From positions 98,828,001-98,892,000 of the forward strand of contig NC_043000.1 in the NCBI RefSeq assembly GCF_006345805.1: 64,000 nt of DNA, given 5' to 3'. How positions within the stretch are numbered: position 1 is the stretch's first letter; each line of letters begins with the position of its first letter. The notes beneath the pieces are model-generated. The model did no database searches, was not told where the DNA came from, and worked only from the letters and a program-made list of their open reading frames with translations. The position numbers were made by a program, and so were the translations under genes. The DNA comes from Octopus sinensis (lineage: Eukaryota). Of this stretch, positions 25,980 to 39,849 are shown piece by piece.

Positions 25980-27360
25980 GATAGCAGTTTAGCCCCATCG
26001 GGTGAGAACACCTCAACAGGCTAGAAAAGAACGATTCTAAAATGTAGATCATCATTGGTCATCTGTCAGGGGATTACTTTCCTTGAAATTCATGTGTGAG
26101 TAAGTGGAAATTAATGGTCTCTTTATTTTATTTGAGTTTGGAAGTTTAGGGTGGATAATTAGTGATATATAACTTATTTGCAAAGGAGGCGTCAGATAAA
26201 TTTGATTCGTTCTTAAATGCCTCTGATTTACCAAACACTACCAATGAAATGTTTGTGGTCTTTGTCTTTTTATTTCCAAATAAGCTTTAAGTGTACCGTG
26301 TTGTTTTCTAGTTGATGTTGGGAAAATAATTATTTTATCAGTGCATACGACACATGACAGAGTGCTTTGTAAGATGCATGAAGTTTGTTGATGTGTCACG
26401 AGTGCAAAAATTAGCAAGGCATACAATCATTTTCTCTGGGTAATTTTATGATAATTTTATCGTTGGCCGTTTGGAAAACGTTTTCATAGCTTACAGAGGC
26501 AACGTTTAACACAACTATATTTTATAATAATGTTATATACTGTGGTTCATAACATATGACAAAATCTTTTCCTTGTGGGTGTTTGCTAGATAATTCTCCC
26601 TTAGCATCTTTGACATCCTTGCTACAGTACTATAGTCATGTTGAAGGGTGACTTCGTTGGAGGTAATGCACTTACTTGTTGATAGTTATTTCACAACCAT
26701 CGGGGTGCGAAGCGCTCCTCACGACCGCAGGTTCATGAGATGGTTGTGATCTGTGAACAGTTTTGAATCGGAACCGGACAGAGTAGTATAAACACGCAAT
26801 GCGTATGTGCACACTGGATTCGTAAAACGGAAGAGAGGAATAAAAATGAAATGCACAAGTCAAAGAAGTTGTATGATGGCCTGCATGCTTCGTCTGACAC
26901 AACTATCACGCAGACTTGCTGCAATTTTCTTGTTGTTACATGGTTAAGAATTTCAGTGGGTGGTGAGATTGGATGTAGATGTAGAATAGAGTTTTGTTAA
27001 GTTTGTGAATACTGCATACGGCTTTCCGTAATAACCAGAATGTTTACCTTTATAAGGTTCACATCAACAATCCAATGCAAGTGAAATTTGTTGAAAATTA
27101 TAATTATTCTTTTGCTGAGGAAGACACTTATGCGCCTACTTGTACTGTTCGAAGCTACAAATTTGTCATCTGTATACCGATCTACTTTGATGGCATTCGT
27201 ATAGTTTTCCATTTATTGAGCAGGAGACAGCTTATCAGCTTAGCGAATCAGGGTCAAACAATTTGGTTACGAAAATCGTTGCCTCGTCGAGGCTCCTTTG
27301 AGAATTTCTTTCCTTTGCTTTTATCATTTAGTCATAGGTTATCTCTGATCAAGCAGACTA
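25980..27360 (-). mobile_element. Highly decayed Penelope-like RT/GIY-YIG remnant
   Basis: Colinear motifs RYTDDKFV (YxDD), FNKFHLH (cf. NxFHPxLKF), NFFDLCIS (cf. FLDxxI), RPLISTY and FSPDG (C-terminal PxGLN-like). Confidence 0.5.
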
Positions 27361-27383
27361 TAAGACTATATATATATATATAT

Positions 27384-27713
27384 GAAAAAACAAGTCAAAA
27401 ATAGAAAATGCTAAAATAATTTTATAGTGAACATTTCAGTACCGGTTTCGGTCATTTTGAGACCTTTTCAACTGTAACGATTAAATAATTAAATTTAGAA
27501 AAATTAGAAGAAAAGTTTTTTTAAAGGAATATTTCTATAGTAGTGTCCAGATATAAGTGGCATTCTGCCTTTCTCTGACTCCCTTATTTGCACTTGTGTG
27601 TTGGAGGTGACCTCCAACACACAAGTGCAAACAAGGGAGTCAGAGAAAGGCAGAATGCCACTTATATCTGGACACTACTATAGAAATATTCCTTTAAAAA
27701 AACTTTTCTTCTA
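27384..27713. mobile_element. PLE terminal repeat family P4 with partial fold-back (arms 27505-27608 / 27610-27713)
   Basis: 104-bp arms with one mismatch. The same family occurs at 53880-54347. Starts at a (TA)n tract. Confidence 0.9.
27437..27474 (-). ncRNA. Minimal hammerhead motif with U3:A8 core variant (P4 family)
   Basis: Reverse complement is CAG-UUGAAAA-GGUC/UCAAAAU/GACC-GAAA-CCGG-UA-CUG. Confidence 0.6.
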
Positions 27714-28105
27714 CTTGTTTCAGTCATTTGACTGTGGCCATGCTGGAGCACCGCCTTTAGTCGAGCAAATCGACCCCAGGACTTATTCTTTGTAAGCCTA
27801 GTACTTATTCTATTAGTTCTTTTGCCGAACCGCTAAGTTACGGTGACGTAAACACACCAGCATCGGTTGTCAAGCGATGTTGGGGGGACAAACACTGACA
27901 CACAAATATATGCACACACACACACATATGTATAAATATATACGACGGGCTTCTTTCAGTTTTCGTCTACCAAATCCACTTACAAGGCTTTGGTCGACCC
28001 GAGGCTATACTAGAAGTCACTTGACCAAAGTGCCATGCAGTCGGACTGAACCCGGAACCATGTGGTTTGTAAACAAGCTACTTACCATACAGCCACTCCT
28101 ACACC
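27714..28105 (-). mobile_element. SINE family A, full length
   Basis: Colinear with 1719-2123 and 58523-58912. Confidence 0.9.
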
Positions 28106-28232
28106 TATATGATCTAGTATTAGACTATTTTCTTTAGCCAATATATGGTGATCGCTTAAAAACTTTAAGCTCATAAAATATTATTATTTATATTTGTGTT
28201 TATACAATTATTATTATTTATATGTTATTATT

Positions 28233-28268
<36 letters not shown>

Positions 28269-28479
28269 CGTGTGTGGTTGAAGGTTATTATACTATCCAA
28301 GATCTAAATCTCGCTACCAAATAGCTGTTTCACATAAGATACTGTCAAACACTTAAGACAAATAAAATACGATGGAAAAGTAAAATTGCTATAGCAGATG
28401 TGAAAGATAGATGTTAAAAATCTTGCATTCGTTTTCTAGTTACTGCAACATGATGTACTCGCTAAAATAACATGTAATG

Positions 28480-28860
28480 TCATATGCAGGAAAGACAACG
28501 TTGGAATAAAACAAAAATATGTAGCTGTTCAGAAGATTTAAGTGTCTCAAATATGGAATATTGTTGGAACATTCCCATCAAGTCATCTGCCAAATGCGAA
28601 CATAACAGGTCTGACATAGGTCTTAAGGATAAAAAATTAAAGTATAGGTTCAATAGATCAGCAAAATTGCAGATGTGAACATTTCTTGAGAAATCAGCGA
28701 GAAAGAGATTATTTGTGTACAACTGATTAGCAATGCAGATTATAGAAGAATAATTGTACCTATAATAATCGAAGCATGTACCTATGTTATTTAAGTAAGA
28801 ATCTGGAAAAAAACTGTTTCCTGTCAAAGAAAGTGACCAGCTAAACCGTAGTTTACAAAT
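28480..28860 (-). mobile_element. Probable very old CR1-group RT fragment
   Basis: SYLNN...YSS...LYTNNLFL...HICNFAD resembles CR1-type SYLxNR..YSS..IYINDLF..ICNFADD. The second Asp is lost. Confidence 0.4.
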
Positions 28861-29227
28861 ACAATAAAAAGCTACATGTGTTAAAGGCATAAATGACTAC
28901 ATGTGTTAAAGACATAAATTTTCAGATAGATTAATCTAGCCAACTGACAGCCTTCTATACCGCTTTCGTCAACTTACAATCTGTGAATCGATCTTAAAGT
29001 ATAGAATATATAGCCATGATATCATTCAGTTAAATTGGACTTGAGACCTCGTGTCTGAGTGAGAGAGAGGGGGAGGAAAAGCATGCCGTTCGCTCTGTAC
29101 AAATGTGCGCATGTGTGTGTGAATATCTGTGTGCGTGCGTGTGTACGTATACATATTATATATATATATATATATATAAATAATTATATCTACACGTATA
29201 TGTATAAGTATATATGTATATATATAT

Positions 29228-29390
29228 AGGGTGCGTTGAATATATTGTCGTCTAAAATACGTAAAGATGAAAACAACACTGACATCTCACTTTAACGGAT
29301 ATATTTGGCAAAATTACATAAAAATATCTTGAAATACTGAAGAGTAAATTTATTCAATAAAATCGCAATTGACTTCCACCACCGCCTCCA
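29228..29390 (-). mobile_element. Tc1/mariner right-end fragment
   Basis: Reverse complement of the terminus of the element at 61620-62038 (agggtgcg..gaatatattgtcgtctaaa). Confidence 0.7.
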
Positions 29391-29391
29391 T

Positions 29392-29540
29392 ACTGAAGCA
29401 CCGCTTTAAAGGGATTTAGTTAAACAAACAAATTGACCCCTAGGACTTGTATTTGTAACCCTAGTATTTATTTTATCGGTCTGTTTTGCAGAACTAGGTT
29501 ACGGGGACGTATATATACCAACATCGGTGAACACTCCCCA

Positions 29541-29620
<80 letters not shown>

Positions 29621-29745
29621 TCCACGAGCTTCTTTCAGCTTCCGTCAACCAAGTCCATTCACAAGGCTTTGGTCGATCGAAAGGTGCCACGCAGTAAGAC
29701 TAAACTCCGAACCATATGGCAGGAGAGCACACTGTCTTGCCTGCG
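29392..29745 (-). mobile_element. SINE family A copy, internally deleted
   Basis: gcaccgctttaaag...ctttcagcttccgtcaaccaagtcc...ggtgccacgcagt. Confidence 0.75.
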
Positions 29746-30059
29746 GCTGACCTTGCGTGTAAAAAAATTTGTCAATATACTACATATTATTCATATAAAT
29801 ACAGTGTACATTTAAACACATAAGGGGTGTCGGTCATAGGATTCCTGGCTCGCATGAAGGAACAGCCAAAGTCTAAACCACTATAGTGCCAGGAATCCTT
29901 TGTCGGATACCTCTTATGTGTTTAAATGTACAGTGCATTTATATATATATATAACGCTTTCCTATTTGGAAGCCTCTTATTGTATTTCTATATGAATAAT
30001 ATGACTAATTCGTTTTTTGTGCTGGCCACTTGTAATAATAATTTATTATTACCCTATTT

Positions 30060-30109
<50 letters not shown>

Positions 30110-30114
<5 letters not shown>

Positions 30115-31935
30115 GGATAGGGCGGCTGCTTGATGAAAAGGGCTCATTGACTGTAAACCCAAAGAGGATAAGTGAAGCAGTTAATAAATAATTACAAAGT
30201 GTTTTCACCTCCCCACTGGAAAACTTGAAAATAAGCTGAATTGATGAGTTCTTCAACACCTTTAACCTACAAGAGAAAAAGGCGACCATCAATTACATTG
30301 ACATTACAGAAGAGAATGTATTATCGGCCATTGACGAGATAAACCCAAACTCTGCAGCAGGCCAAGATGGACTCCTAGCAATTCTGTTAAAAACATGCAA
30401 GAAAGCTCTTGCAAAACCACTGCAAATGCTTTTCCAGAGTTCCCTTGAATGCGGTACACTTCCTCAAATTTTAAAAGAAGGAATAATCTGCCCTGTTCAC
30501 AAAGGTGGAAGCAGAGCAGATGCTATATACTACAAACCCATCACTCTGACCTCAAATGTCAGTAAGATCATGGAATGCATTTTCAGTAAAAGACTGACCA
30601 CGTTCCTAGAAGAAAATGACTTGCTGCCAGACACGCAACCTGGCTTCCGTCATAGAAGGAGCTGCCTAACACAGCTACTACAGCACTTCGACTGGGTACT
30701 AAAACAGCCGCTCAACCATTCAAATGTGGATGTGACATATATCGACTTTGCTAAGGCATTTGATAAAGTCGATCATGGGATGATATGTCACAAATTGGGT
30801 GACCTTGGTATGGCTGGTAAACTAAGAGAGTAGCTGCATGCTTTCCTGAGGGCAGAAGTCAGGCTGTCACAGCAAATGGTGCTCTCTCTGAAGTGAACCA
30901 ATCCTCAGCGGAGTCCCTCAAGGAACAGTGCTGGAACCATTACTGTTTGTGGTTGCTCTATCGGACATGCCCTCAGCTATAGGGTCAGCCACACTCACCA
31001 GCTACACTGATGATACAATGATACAAAAGTATCGAAGACGATAAAGGATACTACAGACAACCTAAGAATGCTGAATGACCTGAACGTAATATATAAATGG
31101 GCAGATGAGAATAATATGCAGTTCAATGCCGCAAAATTCCAAGCACTCCGCTATCATCCCACCAACAAACTACAACTGAAGTACACGGGACCAGCAGGCA
31201 ATGGAATCTCAGAGTTAGAATCGGTGCGCGACCTGGGAATCCACATGAGCAACGACGCAAATTTCCATGTGCACGTTGCTCAGATGGCAACACTATGCAG
31301 GCAGGTGGCAGGTTGAATCCTTAGATCCTTCAGGACCAGGAACAGAGACAAAATGCTTCTGCTTTGGGGAATGTTTATCCTCAGCCGTCTGGACTACTGA
31401 TCCCAACTGTGGTCACCACAGAGAGTAAAATTAATTGCAAAACTAGAGGTGATCCAACGCCACTACCCAAAGGAGATAGACCCAGTAAACACATGGGCTA
31501 CTGGGAGAGGTTGAAGGAACTGGGACTCTACTTCCTGGAAAGGAGACGAGAGAGATATACAGTGCTATACATATAGAAAATAATGGAGGGTCTAGCTCCA
31601 AATTTTGGAATCGAAATCTATAATAATCCCAGAACTGAACGGCACTGTACATTACCAATGGTCCCATCTTCCCCATCGAGGTTACGAACCCAATATTGTA
31701 ATGGCTTGGTAGTCAAGGGACCACAACTTTTTAATGCCCTACCATAGAACATCAGGGATCTGCGATGTGTAGACATGGAAATCTTCAAAAAAGTCTAGAC
31801 AGTTTTTTATATGCAATACCGTGGAAGGAGGCAAAAAGTAGAGCGGCAACGTCCAACTCGCTACTTCACCAGAAGCAATATTGGAAAACATCCCTGGATG
31901 CAGTAAAGGCTGAAACCCGAAACAACATAAAAGAT
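30110..31935 (+). mobile_element. 5'-truncated CR1/Jockey-group LINE reverse transcriptase pseudogene
   Basis: CPVHKGG, KPITLTS, QPGFRHRRSCLTQLL, YIDFAKAFDKVDH, GVPQGTVLEP, SYTDDT, VRDLGIHMS. Multiple stops and frameshifts. Confidence 0.92.
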
Positions 31936-31954
31936 TATAAATATATATATATTC

Positions 31955-32326
<372 letters not shown>

Positions 32327-32369
32327 GTATGTATCTATGATGTATGTATATATGTATTTATTTATATAA

Positions 32370-32620
32370 ATAAGGATAAGATCGTTAATTTAAATATCGG
32401 TCTTATTAAGTGGCCAGCATGGGAATAAAAACCTCCAAAGATAATAATTATTATTAAAATTATAATTTAGGCTATCTAAGAGATACCATCACGCTGGAAA
32501 TAGCAGCCAAAACTTGACTCTAAAACCACATTAAATTAAACTTTTAATGTTGTTTTAGTGTCAAGTTTTGGTTGCTATTTCCAGCGTGGTGGTATCTATT
32601 AGAAACCCTAAATTATAATT
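32370..32620. mobile_element. P3-family repeat with fold-back (arms 32458-32534 / 32544-32620)
   Basis: Homologous to 9470-9630. The right half is the reverse complement of the left half. Confidence 0.8.
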
Positions 32621-33106
32621 TATATATATATATATATATTTATTATTTATAAATGTACGTGAGCATAAAAACAGATTCTAGTAGATCCTACCTCAATCAT
32701 CTATGTTGCTATAGTGCTTCCTTATACTTTCACACACACAAAAAAAATCAAACGCTGCTCTATAATTTTTATGAGATGTCTTGTACGCGTTAAATCTTTG
32801 CGTGGGTACCAATGTGTGCGTAGAGAAAGAATGAGAGCGGAGCAGAGGAAAATGCTGGAAGATGAGTGTTGAGAACTAACCACTATAACGAAATTACATA
32901 AACTTATTTACAGGCTGAAGATATTTTCTATAGTTAGAATCATTTCCTTCCAGTCTTTCGGTAAACGGTTAAAAATAGTAGCAGTGCATTCAATCTGATC
33001 TCATTTCGCTTATCTCGATATCAGCGACCGTTGTCGTTTTATAGCAGCTCTTTCTCTCTCCCACTTTCTCTCTCCGTAAATCTGTCTGTCTGTCTATGTC
33101 TGTCTG

Positions 33107-33180
<74 letters not shown>

Positions 33181-33181
33181 G

Positions 33182-33218
<37 letters not shown>

Positions 33219-33263
33219 ATATATATATATATATAGACAGAGAGAGAGAGAGAGAAATATAGT

Positions 33264-33295
<32 letters not shown>

Positions 33296-33461
33296 CATAC
33301 ACACTTATATATATATATATGTGTATATATATATATGCATATTTATATATATATATATGTGTGTACGTGTGTGCACATGCACACAGTGAAAACTATAACG
33401 ATATACAAAATTACGCGTGTTTGCATATATATGCACAGACTTAAAATAAACAAATACTCAC

Positions 33462-33489
33462 AGATTGACACAATCACGCGCTAGATTGA
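33462..33489 (-). CDS. Candidate 28-nt microexon of an unidentified host gene (xNLARDCVNL)
   Basis: Acceptor cctttattttcAG and donor GTGAGT. Only one of three frames is open (phase 1 in, phase 2 out). Confidence 0.45.
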
Positions 33490-34192
33490 CTGAAAATAAA
33501 GGAGCTCTAACAGTAATTAAGTGTTTGCTATTATTCGTATATATAACTGAATGTATGTGTTGGTGTAATTGCATTATTATCAGTATTAAGATGTATGTGT
33601 TTACGCATATTTCTTTGTATGAGCTTTTACATGTTTCAATCGGCAGATATATACAAAAGTTACCCAATGCCTGAATGTTTCGTACGTGGTACATTATATG
33701 TGTCCATGCTTGCATGTTTATACGTTTATATATATAGGAATTTAGATGACACGACTAGAAGATTGTACCCTTGCATATCCTTGGCCCTGGTGGCTGGCTA
33801 TAACGAAGTTAAGACTAAACACTACAGATAATTATATTTTGAGTTGAGAGCTAGTTAAAAATAATCTGCAGTAGTTTCCGGTAACATAATTTTTTTTTGT
33901 AATTATATGTATATATATATATGTGTGTGTGTTTGTGTCTGTGTGTGTAGGTGTAGTTTTGTGTATGTATGATATGGTCACACTCACAGACGCAGTAATT
34001 ATAATAGAAATAAATAACTCGTAAATGTTACGAAAATACTTTCTTCGTGTTAAACATCTTAGATAGATAAACATGAATTGACTTCATGTTTATAGCTCAT
34101 ATAATGAAACGTAATGATAGCTTCTTTGACTTTCGCTCTAACTTTCAACATCTATCTATCTATCTATCCATCTCTCTGTGTCTCTGTCTGTC

Positions 34193-34331
<139 letters not shown>

Positions 34332-35399
34332 AGTATCTGTAAAGTATCGAATGACTGAGTCAGAAGTATTTCTTGATTGTATTCTTGATTGTTTAAGACA
34401 TGCAAACTATCAACGTGTCTGAAAGCGACTAACTGTTAACACGCCATTATAGTGCGTCGCTGGAAAAAATGTATTAGTATTTATATATATATATTGTTCC
34501 GTGCATCGTAAAATTTTAACCATCTGTAGGTAATAGTGCTACATCTCTTTTTGTTGTTATAAACTGAAGAAGGATGACGACCAACTTGGCTTGTTCTAGA
34601 TTCTCCAAACTAAGATAAAGTTTATCTTCCAACTTTATGTCGAAATTGATTATATTATCACTATGTCATGCACTATCTGTATATATCGCGTACTTGTCCA
34701 ACGTATGAGAAAGTACATTTGTATAATAAGTCTTTCACGTCAATGTCGCCATCTTGTTCATTTTGCATCAACACCGATTCCTCCTACACAGATATACATA
34801 CATATATATAATCAGCAGAGGAGGTCCAGAGATACTCGGTATAGAAAACACTAGCACTCAAATGATTCGTACATGGACTTCGGTATCGTTAGAAGGGAAC
34901 CATTCCGCGGAGTAAAGATTGGCTATAAGAGGAATCCCGGTGAGCAGATACGGTGGCAATTACGCGGATAAACAAATTAAATATAACAGATTGGGTTTGA
35001 TATACAACATATGTGTGTGTGTATGTGTGTGTGTGTGTGTGGGGGGTGGATTTTCAGACGATGAATATTTAAGTGTATATTTACATATTAATTGATCAGT
35101 CATACACAGAAAACCAACGATTGAAGAAATTAAAGAGGAGAAGGAAAGTGAAGCTGTAACAAGGTCGAACCTCTATTTATGGGGCTCGGAGATTCATCGT
35201 AATGTTGGTAGATGTAGTTCACCAGAATATGCAACCAAGCTTAATTTATCCAATGCCTATTTGCTTCCATTACTGGCTCCATTACTTTCATTATAATCAT
35301 ATGCGTGTGGGGTGGGGTGTAATATCTGTGTATTATCGCAATTTTAGTATATTATCAATAAACATCTAATTAGCTGGTCTGCCAACTTTTGTTTTTCAG

Positions 35400-35905
35400 G
35401 ACTGAACGAGACAGCTGTAACATGACTTTGAACATAGCATACTAAGCACTGCTGTTACAGCTGACTAGTTTGCAGAATGCAGTCGGGACGAGAAGTCAAT
35501 TTGGAAGCTTGCTATGTAATACAATTACGTGTTAAATCGAGCAGAAGCGCTGCAGAAACTTATGAAATGCTTTAGACCGCTTATGGATTAACTTGTATGA
35601 GCCGACTATCCATTTTTCGGTGGCACAAGAGGCCAGGAAAAGCATGGCCACCGGGCAGCTCATGACGATACCCTTTCTCTGACGGTTAGCCCATCATCTT
35701 CATCCACAGGGTTCCCTTTGCCCACAAGGTCAACATAGAGTAATTTGTGGAAGTTCAGGAAGACACCTCTTCTCAAAAACCCAGACTACTTGCATTAGAA
35801 GAATGCACCAGTCCACAATTCCAGCCCGGCAGCTGACTACTCGACAGAGATGGGCATCAAAACTGACCGTCATCCTCCCTAAAGTTCAGACCTTGTTCCC
35901 TGTGG
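35400..35905 (+). mobile_element. Internally deleted mariner (DD34D-type) transposase remnant
   Basis: AAETYEML*TAYG..CMSRLSIFRWHKR (HTH) and LH*KNAPVH..MGIKTDRHPP*SSDLVPC (cf. HDNAPxH..HPPYSPDLAPC). Confidence 0.85.
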
Positions 35906-36025
35906 CAAGGGGTCTGAACATATTCACTTTGAAGGACTTCTATGGGGCCTGGAACTCTGAAACACAGCAGTTGCACTGAAGTCAGAGAATCGTACATTGA
36001 GAAAGTCGAAAGTTTTGTAGATTGT

Positions 36026-36059
<34 letters not shown>

Positions 36060-36065
<6 letters not shown>

Positions 36066-36960
36066 TTTACCAACTGAACCACCTGTCCACCTGCCACCTG
36101 CTACAGTACAACATTACAAAAGAAAGACTGTACCTACCCAGGCAATAACCAGGAGCGACTTTGGATTTAATTATCCCTTAGAGGTATTAAAACCCTCTAA
36201 TTGTTTCCTACACTATATATATATATTCCCTTTTTCCTACACTATATATATATATTCCCATTCCCTTTTTCGTCCTTTTTCCCTCACTTAACTTGTCTCT
36301 TCCTCTCTCTCTCATTCTTCATTCTCTCTCTCCCCCTCACAATTCTTCATGGTCTCCTCGCACCATTCCCCTTCTTCTCATTCTTCCTCTTGCTCCTCCT
36401 CCCCCATTCCCGTCGTCCATCTGCGACGATACTTCCGTCGTAACTGCTATCCTGTCTTTTCTCGCCCGCCTTCTAAGGCCACTGGTCGACATTCTTTCTC
36501 TCTCTTCGTCCACTATAATCCAGCGTTTGCATTACTTTTTTCGTCTGGCGTAAACAGCCCTTCTTATCTTGTTCTCCTGTCTGTCTCTCACTGTTATATA
36601 TTTATTTTTCAACTGTTATATATAATTTTTTTTTTTTACTTTTATATGTTTGTACTGTCGTTACCGTCTTGCTTTTTTTACCATTTTTTACCCCTCTGCG
36701 AAAAGATCTCAGAATTTTAATTGATTTGCTTTTCGCAGGAAGGAAGTTTCTTCGAAGTATACGTCTCGCTTTTATCCTTCGAAACGTAGAGTAGATGAAA
36801 CCTTAGCGACTGAAGAAGGGGATTTTTCGTTGTGCTTATTGTCCTGTATCTCTTTTTTTCTTTTTTGCTTGTCCTGTTCCTTGGTTTGTGTCTAGTTTTT
36901 CGTCTCTCTATGTGTTCGACGTCTTTTTGGTGTCCTGTACACATATATGCGTGTATATGT
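36060..36960 (+). mobile_element. Probable decayed PLE 3' end (endonuclease C-terminus plus pyrimidine-rich tail)
   Basis: QERLWI motif (cf. RExFWI). CT-rich 3' region with remnants ctgaagaagggg and cgaaacgt. Lies between TA tracts. Confidence 0.35.
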
Positions 36961-37082
36961 ACATGTAGAGTTAGGTACGTACATATATGTTTATATATAT
37001 GCATATGTTCTATTTTATTAACATATATATATATATATTTATATATTATATATATATATATATATATAGATAATATATATAT

Positions 37083-37289
37083 ATTTATTATATAGAAGGA
37101 GCTTCTACAGGACTAGAACTGTTTCAATCAAGAGAAATCTTCAGGAAGCTCCTGAAGAGCTTCCTGAAGATTCCTCTTGAATGAAACAGTTCTAGTCCTG
37201 TAGAAGCTCCTTCTATATAATAAATTAATTTTACTCTACTATGTATTGAGTACCTTATTTACTGTGGTTAACCCCAATCAACCCGGACC

Positions 37290-37290
<1 letters not shown>
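37083..37290. mobile_element. Short PLE-like repeat (family P5) with fold-back 37083-37225
   Basis: Arms ~69 bp with centre at ~37152-37156. Flanked by (TA)n on both sides. Confidence 0.85.
37157..37209 (+). ncRNA. Type-I hammerhead-like motif (P5); mirror copy at 37099-37151 (-)
   Basis: Stem I GAGCUUC/GAAGCUC (7 bp), core CUGAAGA, GAAAC, stem III ACAG/CUGU, GUA triplet. Stem II is weak. Confidence 0.55.
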
Positions 37291-37376
<86 letters not shown>

Positions 37377-38029
37377 TATATATCTATATATATAATATAG
37401 TATATATATATAGATATATATATATGCTATGCATGTATATGTGCCATGTGCGTGTGTCTGTGTGCCACGTGCGCGTGTTTATGTTTGTGTATTTTTCCTT
37501 TTCTGTGAAACAGTATCAGTGAAAGGCGTCACATGTATGACAAACTATTGCTTTTGCAAATTTATTTTGTATGTGTTCCGATCATTAGACTGCGACCTTC
37601 AAGGATTTAGTGAAACAAATAAAACTCCATTTGTCAAGTTCTGGTGAGGGATAAACACAAAGATAAAGACAAACTTAAACACGCACACGCACATAAATAC
37701 ATATATACATGCATATATACATACATACATATATATTATATATTATATATATATATAAATACATATATACATGTATACATATACACACACAAGGATATGA
37801 TTTTCTTTTTACATATTATTGATTTCTTGTTAATACGCTGAATTTCTTTAAATTCTGCATAAGGATTGTTATACTTACCAATCATACACGAGGATTTTCC
37901 TGAGATTTGTATTCTAAGTACATTTACTGTTATCTACTCGTTGGAAATTTAACTTTATTCTTTTACACTGAGTGCTTACTTGATATCTGCCAGGATTTTT
38001 TTAATCCTATTTTTACTTATATATATATA

Positions 38030-38190
38030 TACATACGGCCAGCTTCTACAGTGTTTCTGTCTACCAAATTCACTCACAACGAACTGGATTACAGTAGAAG
38101 ACATTTAGCTATTCAATATGCCGTGCTGGGGATTGAACCCGAAACTACTTGGTTGAAAAGCGACCTTCTTAATAGAACAGTCATGCCTGA
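38030..38190 (-). mobile_element. SINE family A 5' half, diverged
   Basis: gcttctacagtgtttctgtctaccaaattcactcaca...gggattgaacccgaa. Confidence 0.65.
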
Positions 38191-38884
38191 TAAATATGTA
38201 ATACAACACTATTGCAAAATGGAAGACGTATCTTCGTTGAATGATATCTAGGAAAAACTCGGTGAGGTTTGATTGGTTATGGTTATATCTTCCAGTAGTT
38301 TGCTCCAGAGTAAAGCAGCTTAGAGATATATAACCATTATGTGTAAAAGGCGCCGATATTAACCATTAGTATATCAGTATAATAACTAAATTGCTAAGAG
38401 ATAGCGTGTGTTTTGAATAATTTAAAGTTCACACATGTATATTCATTAAGCATATATCTAGCCTCTCTCAGTAAAACATACGCTGCGGTTCAAACACAGA
38501 GTTCTCTTGGCGCCTATTATTTACAACATTTCTCGTAAGTAGCTTTTAGTTACTTCCTCTGCGTAAAACGAACTTGATTAGTCAGTCTTGATAAGACGAC
38601 ACTGTATAGTCAGAAACAGTAGAGTTGTTGTTTGGTTTGTCCAGTAGAGAGAGATTTGTGGTCTAACTGCTGAGTTTTATCAACACAGTAAGGTTGAATA
38701 CATGCCTATTAAATATACGCATGTGAGCAAGCACAACTGTTACGTTTTAGTATCGAGTTTCTTCACGGAATGTATACTAATTTGTGGTACTTCTTACAAA
38801 AGGTCTTTACAAACAATTATAAACAATTCTCAGATCATCACGCTGTCATGTATTTTCTATGTTTATGTTTTAATACACCAGTCC

Positions 38885-39110
38885 AATAAGGCGGCGAACA
38901 GGGAGAACCATTAAAACGCCGGGTAAAATGCACAGTGTTAATTCGACCATCATTACGTTCTGAGTTCAAGCTCTGTCACGGTCCGCTTTGACCTTCATTC
39001 TTTCGGGATGGAGAAAGTAAGTTCTGGTCGAGGACTGGAGTCGATGTAGTCGACATATTCCCTTCCCCGAAATTGCTGAATTTTTGCCAAAATTAGAAAC
39101 CAAAACATCA
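38885..39110 (+). mobile_element. SINE family B, full length, diverged
   Basis: aaggcggcgaac...acgttctgagttcaa...ttcgggatggagaaagtaag...gtcgatgtagtcgac. Confidence 0.75.
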
Positions 39111-39849
39111 GTTTCATTAAAAGAGCTTTTTTTTTTCTCACGCACACACATATACACATGATCTAATGGTTAGAATATGTGTCCACATTCGTATGGTCAC
39201 GGGTTCGATTTCTGGGTCAAGTAGCGCGGTAGGCCGTTCAGTCAGGTACTTCATTTCACTTTGCTCTAACTCTTTCTCTTTTCAGCTGTGACCTCCTGGA
39301 TATTCCACTGGTTCAAAATAGCCAAAACAAGTCCACGTGTTTATATTGCTGCCTGCAAGAACGAGTGAAAGTATCGTAGATGCTACCACATCTTACTTTC
39401 TTCAGGGTCAAGGCTGTGGTGTTTATAGTGACGTGGATTTCCCTAAATGTAGTGGCATTTATGTCCTTAAAGTCACGTGACTCATTACGGCTAACTTGGC
39501 TTTTAGATAAATGAATATCAGATTAAAGTATTGTGAGCGATATTGTATGAGGGCGAAGAATCTGATTGCAGTCTTTATTGCGAGTGGTCGGCGCGACATA
39601 TTTCCAGAGCATAGACAGAAAGGTGGTATTGAATTCAAGTTTATTTTGTGGGACTGTATTTGGAGTAGGTTGATAAGACCGACAGCGATACTTAGTACTA
39701 TATTTTATTGACGGCAGAAAGACAAATGACGAAATAGGACACAGGAGTTTCGAACTGGAACATATACTGTCGTAACTAAACGTCACAATGCACTTAGCCC
39801 GACATCCTACTGATCCTGATGATCCATTTGTGATAATGATCCTTTCTAT

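Noticed and set aside
30426-31700. Active LINE, or read-through/selenocysteine recoding of the RT ORFs (also 45173-46655)
   Set aside because: Mixed TAG/TGA/TAA stops plus frameshifts indicate ordinary decay
36680-36835. Hammerhead in the putative PLE tail (hairpin ctgcgaaaag/cttttcgcag, ctgaagaagggg, cgaaacgta)
   Set aside because: The pieces are not in an order that builds a three-way junction
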